A DNA stretch of 64,000 nt from a virus. Positions 59,105 through 64,000 of this stretch are shown here, in pieces. The notes under the pieces are model-generated. The model did not search any database and was not told the origin of the DNA. It saw only the letters and a list, made by a program, of their open reading frames with translations. The stretch covers positions 1 through 64,000 of the IMG/VR virus record IMGVR_UViG_3300033571_019687. One strand, 5' to 3'. The position numbers were made by a program, and so were the translations under genes. Position 1 is the stretch's first letter, and every line of letters starts with the position of its first letter.

Positions 59105-59111
59105 CTATTTA
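59105..59111 (+). promoter_or_regulatory. CTATTTA putative late promoter
   Basis: 17 nt upstream of ATG 59129. Confidence 0.6.
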
Positions 59112-59128
59112 ACACTAAAGAGGTTTTC

Positions 59129-62100
59129 ATGAAACGTAAACTACAAGGTATCTCACAAGAGATAAAAAATCAGATATTAGCTTATAATCTACCATCACCA
59201 CCAGATGTTACCTCTGGTGTTATTTCTCAACTAGGATTGGAGATCTTTAGTGATTTAAGAGAAGATTTAGGTCGTGATATAGCTGAATTACTTAAAAATA
59301 ACAGAGTTACAGATTCTGGTAATTTAGTTAATATTGGTAATCAACTAAGAGATATTATTTTAAGCAAAAAATTGACACCTGATAGGGATCTTTTAAGAGA
59401 TCTTAGAAATGCTGGTGTGGATTTATATGACACCTTTAATGATCAAGGTAAAGAGATTATTTTAATAGATAATAAATCTAATGATCCCGGAAACGTTGAT
59501 GATATTGCTAAAGATGAAGTAAAAAGACACTTAGATAGAAATACTCTTAATAATGAAAATAGAGAAGAAGTGGGTGAATCACTTAATCTTAGTAATAACA
59601 AAGCTACAGATAATGGCGATTTAGTTAAATATAACGATAGTTTTAAAACAGAGAACCTTAGAAGAAATAAGGTTCTTGACCCAAATGACCCATCTGATTA
59701 CAACAGTTCATTTTTTTCGGATGAAATTAGAGATACTTTAGGTAAATTAGTTTTACTTAATGATTATAGTGTCCCTAATTTAACATCTATTAGTAACACA
59801 TCATTAATGACATCTGAACAACAGGCGGCCTTATTGTTACAATTAAACAATAGAATACCTGAACAGATAAACAAATTTGAACAAAATGTTGTTTCAAAAC
59901 TATTTGCTAATAGAAAAAGTGGCCCTTATGTGAATGGTACTATATTGGCCGATTATGAGCCAAATACTTACGTACCTAGTGATTTTCTTGATAGAGATAT
60001 TAGCGATAGTGCATTATTAACGCTATTAAATACTTATTCACAAGGTGATATTCAAAAAATTATAGACGGCGGTGATTTACCTTTCCCTAATGATACAGTG
60101 ATGGGTAATATTGCAGCATTAACCTATAAATTTCAATTTGAGAGTAGAATAAAGCAAGTTATTGAAAGAGCAACTATTGGTAGAACTAATCTGGATGAGG
60201 CTATGACTAATCCAGCAACAGCTATTAATATTTTAAAAGATCCTACCAATAATTTATTTGAAAAGGATTATGAAATTACAGTACCTGCAAATACTTTAGG
60301 TAAAGTTGGTGATTATATAGGTAGATTAATAGGTGTAACATCACCTGTAAACTTAGTTGAAAGCCCATTTGATACAAATTTAATAACATGTTTTCCTTCA
60401 TTAACAGAAAATAATGCACCGAAAACTGAACTAGAAGCTATTGTTCAAGATCTTACTGGATCACCACAAAAAAAGGATTATTCAACATGGATGCTTGCAA
60501 ATACAGGTACAGGACAAAAGTTTCAATTATTTACAAATGTATCATATAACAAGTATAGACCGAATTACGAGCCAGTATATACATCTGAATTAGCAAATCA
60601 GTTTGATGAATTTTTACAAAGAAATTCAGGGGTAACAGGATTCTTAGGACTATCATCAGGACCAAGACCAGAAGGTAATTCGTATCTTAATGAATTTTTA
60701 CCTAGTAATAGAGTATTATCTGATTTACAAGGTGATATTGTTAAAAGTGAATACGAGTTAATAAGATTGTTAACTCAAAATGGTATTAAATATGAATTAG
60801 ATTTAATAGATGCAGAAGATTTTATCTGGTACGGCAATTCTTATGAAACATATAGAGATCAAGATGGATTAAAGGATTATATACCTAATAGCGATCTATT
60901 TTTATCAAAATATAATAGAGATAGATATAGAGAATGTTCTATATTATTTAAAACTCAAAACTTAATTGATAAAGCGGCAAACAATGGATTAGCTTTAATG
61001 ATTGATCAAACAAAGAGTAAATTCTTTGATGGTAAATATGTTTATAGTAAAGGTAATGCAGTACTTAGACCAATAAAAAATGAAGTTAGAGATGAGACTG
61101 GTAAGCTAATAGGTTACAACTATGAAGTACCCGGTTTATCACAGATAATTGATCCTAATGGTAATAAAAAAGCCGTCGGTGAAAGAGATACTAATCAAAT
61201 TATATCAGAAGGTTTATTTTGTAGAACATGGACCAAGGCTAATAAATTTAGCAGAATTAATAATTTGGTTAGGTATAAGGGTTTATTAAGAAAAGAAAGA
61301 GGTTCTGTTATAGAAGACAATGCCAATTATTCTATTGTACCTACACCTTTAAATTCTAATACCAAAAAATACATGTTTTCTATTGAAAACTTGGCATATA
61401 AAGGTAGTACACAATATGATCAATTACCAGAATGTGAAAAAGGTAAAAATGGTGGAAGACTTATGTGGTTCCCACCTTATGATCTAACTTTTAATGAAAC
61501 ATCTAATGCATCATGGACAGAGTCTAGCTTTTTAGGTAGACCAGAATCAATTTATACATATAATAACTCTAGTAGAACAGGTAGTATTAACTTTAAATTA
61601 TTAGTTGATCATCCATCAATATTGAATGTATTAGTTAGAAAAGAACTTGATAAATTACCAGATACAGCAGTGGATGAAATTATTGATGCATTCTGGGCAG
61701 GATGTATTGAATATGATATATTTGAATTGGCTGCGTTATATAATCAAGTTACAATAGATGAATTAAACTACTTTAAAAAACTAATTGGTAGTATTAAAGG
61801 TAATATAACTAATCTTGATGCTAATAGACAAACAGTAAATGCGAGACCTAATGTTCAAATACCAATAGTAAATAATAATACGCCTATTGTATTTCCTTTA
61901 GTTGGGTATAATTTATTCTTTGAAAATGATGTACCTTTAGCTACAACAGATAATACATCAACATACAAAGATTTATATGATATTTATAAAGAACAAATCA
62001 CAAACCATAGTTATGATAAAACTATAAATGCTGAATATAAAAAGGGTAATAAAGGGTTAGTAAATGATATTAAATATTATGATACTTTAGGTGCTGGTGG

Positions 62101-64000
62101 TTATAATGTGTTTGAGACAGGTCAATTAGGTAACAATCCTAAGTTAAATGATATGGCTGGTCAATATACTGCATTAGAAACAGAACTTAAAAATATAAGT
62201 CCGGGTAATAATATTACCATAAAGGTTAAAACTTATGCAAGTCCGTTAGGTACACAAGAAAATAATAGATCTCTTGTTGGTAGAAGATTCATATCAATAG
62301 TTAAATGGTTAGTAAAAGATATATTTGCTGGACTTGAAGATAGTGCTGGGATTCAAATAGACCCAAATTCATTATCATATACATCGGTTAGTTCTTCATA
62401 TACTTTTTATAGAATATCATCTAATGGTGTTAAAGATACTATAAAAATAGAAAGTATAGAAGCTACTGCTAAAGACGCAGAGTCTACATATAGAGATATT
62501 AATGATTTAACTGTAAATGATTTGAGTACTATAACTTTTAATAATGTTAGCTATCCAGTTTTTTATGTTGAATCTGGTGGTGAAACTTATATGGGTGTTT
62601 TAGGTATATCTGATACAGTAAACGATGTTAAAGCTAGGGATATTCTTAAAACTAATTTTGCAAGTATTAGTGGTCAAACTCAAGGTATAGCAGGACCTGA
62701 GTTTATCGGTGCTCTCAATTCGTTAGGTCAAGATAGAGTTAAAGCAGATTATATTGTTGGGGTTACTTCAAAAGAGGCATCATTTGCTAGACGTGCTGAG
62801 ATTAGCGTTGAAATAACACAAAATCAATCACCAGATGATGTACAACTTGTTCAACCTACTTTAATTAATAATAAACCACCTCTTGAAACTAATTTTACAA
62901 AAAGAGAGATTGCCCAAAAGTTATTAAACTCATTAATAACTGAATGTGATTATTTTGATTATCTTGAAGAAACAAGTCCGGTTTATTTGAGTAAAATAAA
63001 AGATAAGATTAAGTATTTTACACCTGCATTTCATTCAATGACACCAGAAGGTTTAAATGCGAGATTAACATTTTTGCAACAATGTCTAAGACCGGGTGAA
63101 ACAATTAAAAATGCTGATGGTACAACATGTGATGCAAAAAATACTGCATTTGGTAGACCACCAGTATGTGTACTTAGAATAGGTGATTTTTACAACACAA
63201 AAATTATCATTGATAACATATCGTTTACACCAGAACCTTTAATATTGGATCTAAACCCAGAAGGTATAGGTGTTCAACCTATGATTGTTAATGTAAGCAT
63301 GTCTGTTAAGTTATTAGGCGGATCAGGTCTTAAAAATTATGTTGATCAATTACAAACAGCATTATCATTTGATTATTATGCTAATACTGAAATATATGAT
63401 CCAAGGTCTTTTGCTAATACTGATCTTGAATCAAGAAATGCTATTAATCAAGAAGTAAATCCATTAACTGGTCAATTAGATTTGGTTGAAATAACTAAGA
63501 CCATAGAAAATGTATTCTCAAATGCCCCTAGAATTGATTCTAACGGTGCCAAAGGTACAATAGGTAAGTTGGTTAGGAAAACCATAAGCAAGGGCTTAAA
63601 TGACATTTATGACGATAATACAGGTGAAGGAACAGAGTTTAAAGAAGACCCTATATTTGATTTGTGTTTAATAGAAAGTAATTATCAAAATAGTTCGTTT
63701 GATACAGTTGAATTATCATATAAACCAGTATATGATGATATGTATAGAGCGTATAGTAAAAATATTAGTGCTTTAATTAATCATTATGATTATACTGACG
63801 ATGATATGTATCCGTTAAAATCACTTTTTAATAGATATTATAGTACAGATATTATTAGTGGTGATAATGTAGACACAAGTGCAAGTTATTTTGATAATGA
63901 AAAAGGTTATAAAAAAACCAATATCATTTTTAATGAGTTATTAAGAGATAGAACAGGTAATAAATTGAATGTAAACAGTACGGATATATACCCTAATTTA
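59129..64000 (+). CDS. Giant baseplate hub/tube-initiator-like protein with OmpA-like insert (partial, not in ORF track)
   Basis: Frame open where spot-checked and at the window end (1624 codons if continuous); GGRLMWFPPYD..., FHSMTPEGLNARLTFLQQC, FGRPPVCVLRIGDFY; ASPLG..ENNRSL..RR and RRAEI. Confidence 0.7.
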   Translation, partial: MKRKLQGISQEIKNQILAYNLPSPPDVTSGVISQLGLEIFSDLREDLGRDIAELLKNNRVTDSGNLVNIGNQLRDIILSKKLTPDRDLLRDLRNAGVDLYDTFNDQGKEIILIDNKSNDPGNVDDIAKDEVKRHLDRNTLNNENREEVGESLNLSNNKATDNGDLVKYNDSFKTENLRRNKVLDPNDPSDYNSSFFSDEIRDTLGKLVLLNDYSVPNLTSISNTSLMTSEQQAALLLQLNNRIPEQINKFEQNVVSKLFANRKSGPYVNGTILADYEPNTYVPSDFLDRDISDSALLTLLNTYSQGDIQKIIDGGDLPFPNDTVMGNIAALTYKFQFESRIKQVIERATIGRTNLDEAMTNPATAINILKDPTNNLFEKDYEITVPANTLGKVGDYIGRLIGVTSPVNLVESPFDTNLITCFPSLTENNAPKTELEAIVQDLTGSPQKKDYSTWMLANTGTGQKFQLFTNVSYNKYRPNYEPVYTSELANQFDEFLQRNSGVTGFLGLSSGPRPEGNSYLNEFLPSNRVLSDLQGDIVKSEYELIRLLTQNGIKYELDLIDAEDFIWYGNSYETYRDQDGLKDYIPNSDLFLSKYNRDRYRECSILFKTQNLIDKAANNGLALMIDQTKSKFFDGKYVYSKGNAVLRPIKNEVRDETGKLIGYNYEVPGLSQIIDPNGNKKAVGERDTNQIISEGLFCRTWTKANKFSRINNLVRYKGLLRKERGSVIEDNANYSIVPTPLNSNTKKYMFSIENLAYKGSTQYDQLPECEKGKNGGRLMWFPPYDLTFNETSNASWTESSFLGRPESIYTYNNSSRTGSINFKLLVDHPSILNVLVRKELDKLPDTAVDEIIDAFWAGCIEYDIFELAALYNQVTIDELNYFKKLIGSIKGNITNLDANRQTVNARPNVQIPIVNNNTPIVFPLVGYNLFFENDVPLATTDNTSTYKDLYDIYKEQITNHSYDKTINAEYKKGNKGLVNDIKYYDTLGAGGYNVFETGQLGNNPKLNDMAGQYTALETELKNISPGNNITIKVKTYASPLGTQENNRSLVGRRFISIVKWLVKDIFAGLEDSAGIQIDPNSLSYTSVSSSYTFYRISSNGVKDTIKIESIEATAKDAESTYRDINDLTVNDLSTITFNNVSYPVFYVESGGETYMGVLGISDTVNDVKARDILKTNFASISGQTQGIAGPEFIGALNSLGQDRVKADYIVGVTSKEASFARRAEISVEITQNQSPDDVQLVQPTLINNKPPLETNFTKREIAQKLLNSLITECDYFDYLEETSPVYLSKIKDKIKYFTPAFHSMTPEGLNARLTFLQQCLRPGETIKNADGTTCDAKNTAFGRPPVCVLRIGDFYNTKIIIDNISFTPEPLILDLNPEGIGVQPMIVNVSMSVKLLGGSGLKNYVDQLQTALSFDYYANTEIYDPRSFANTDLESRNAINQEVNPLTGQLDLVEITKTIENVFSNAPRIDSNGAKGTIGKLVRKTISKGLNDIYDDNTGEGTEFKEDPIFDLCLIESNYQNSSFDTVELSYKPVYDDMYRAYSKNISALINHYDYTDDDMYPLKSLFNRYYSTDIISGDNVDTSASYFDNEKGYKKTNIIFNELLRDRTGNKLNVNSTDIYPNL

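Noticed and set aside
1-64000. Stop-codon reassignment as in Lak or crAss-like phages
   Set aside because: Marker genes are full length in code 11. The stops I checked are TAA, with TGA only in ATGA overlaps; scarcity of TAG is expected at this AT content
1-64000. tRNA, rRNA or other structured RNA genes
   Set aside because: No cloverleaf or T-loop signature seen in the few intergenic gaps; a tRNAscan-SE or Infernal run would settle it

Overview
AT-rich (about 27-30% GC by eye), densely coding segment of a large contractile-tailed dsDNA phage (T4-like jumbo myovirus), standard genetic code. The host is probably Bacteroidota: three exact TTTG-N19/20-TAnnTTTG promoters precede non-structural genes, there is a DUF4494-like gene, and Shine-Dalgarno sequences are mostly absent. 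The window holds the head module (gp23-like capsid, scaffold, gp21-like protease, portal, TerL), neck and tail genes (gp13/14/15-like, sheath, tube, hub chaperone, tape measure, and a >1600 aa hub protein running off the right end), replication and nucleotide genes (PolB, UvrD-like, SNF2-like, ThyA, dUTPase, dNMP kinase, PhoH), a ClpC-like ATPase, three glycosyltransferases, a sigma-like protein and the 3' end of an M15 endolysin. Most notable: (i) a CTATTTA element 13-39 nt upstream of 14 mostly virion gene starts, a candidate phage late promoter; (ii) a cluster of probable protease-processed, capsid-packaged proteins including a PARP-like ADP-ribosyltransferase coupled to a nucleotidyltransferase and two proteins sharing an unrecognised domain of about 110 aa; (iii) a gene split at an A10 run; (iv) a stand-alone degenerate copy of the terminase ATPase overlapping terL; (v) a roughly 190 bp, about 7% GC element flanked by inverted repeats between sheath and tube. 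All family calls rest on motif recognition by eye, with no database search.
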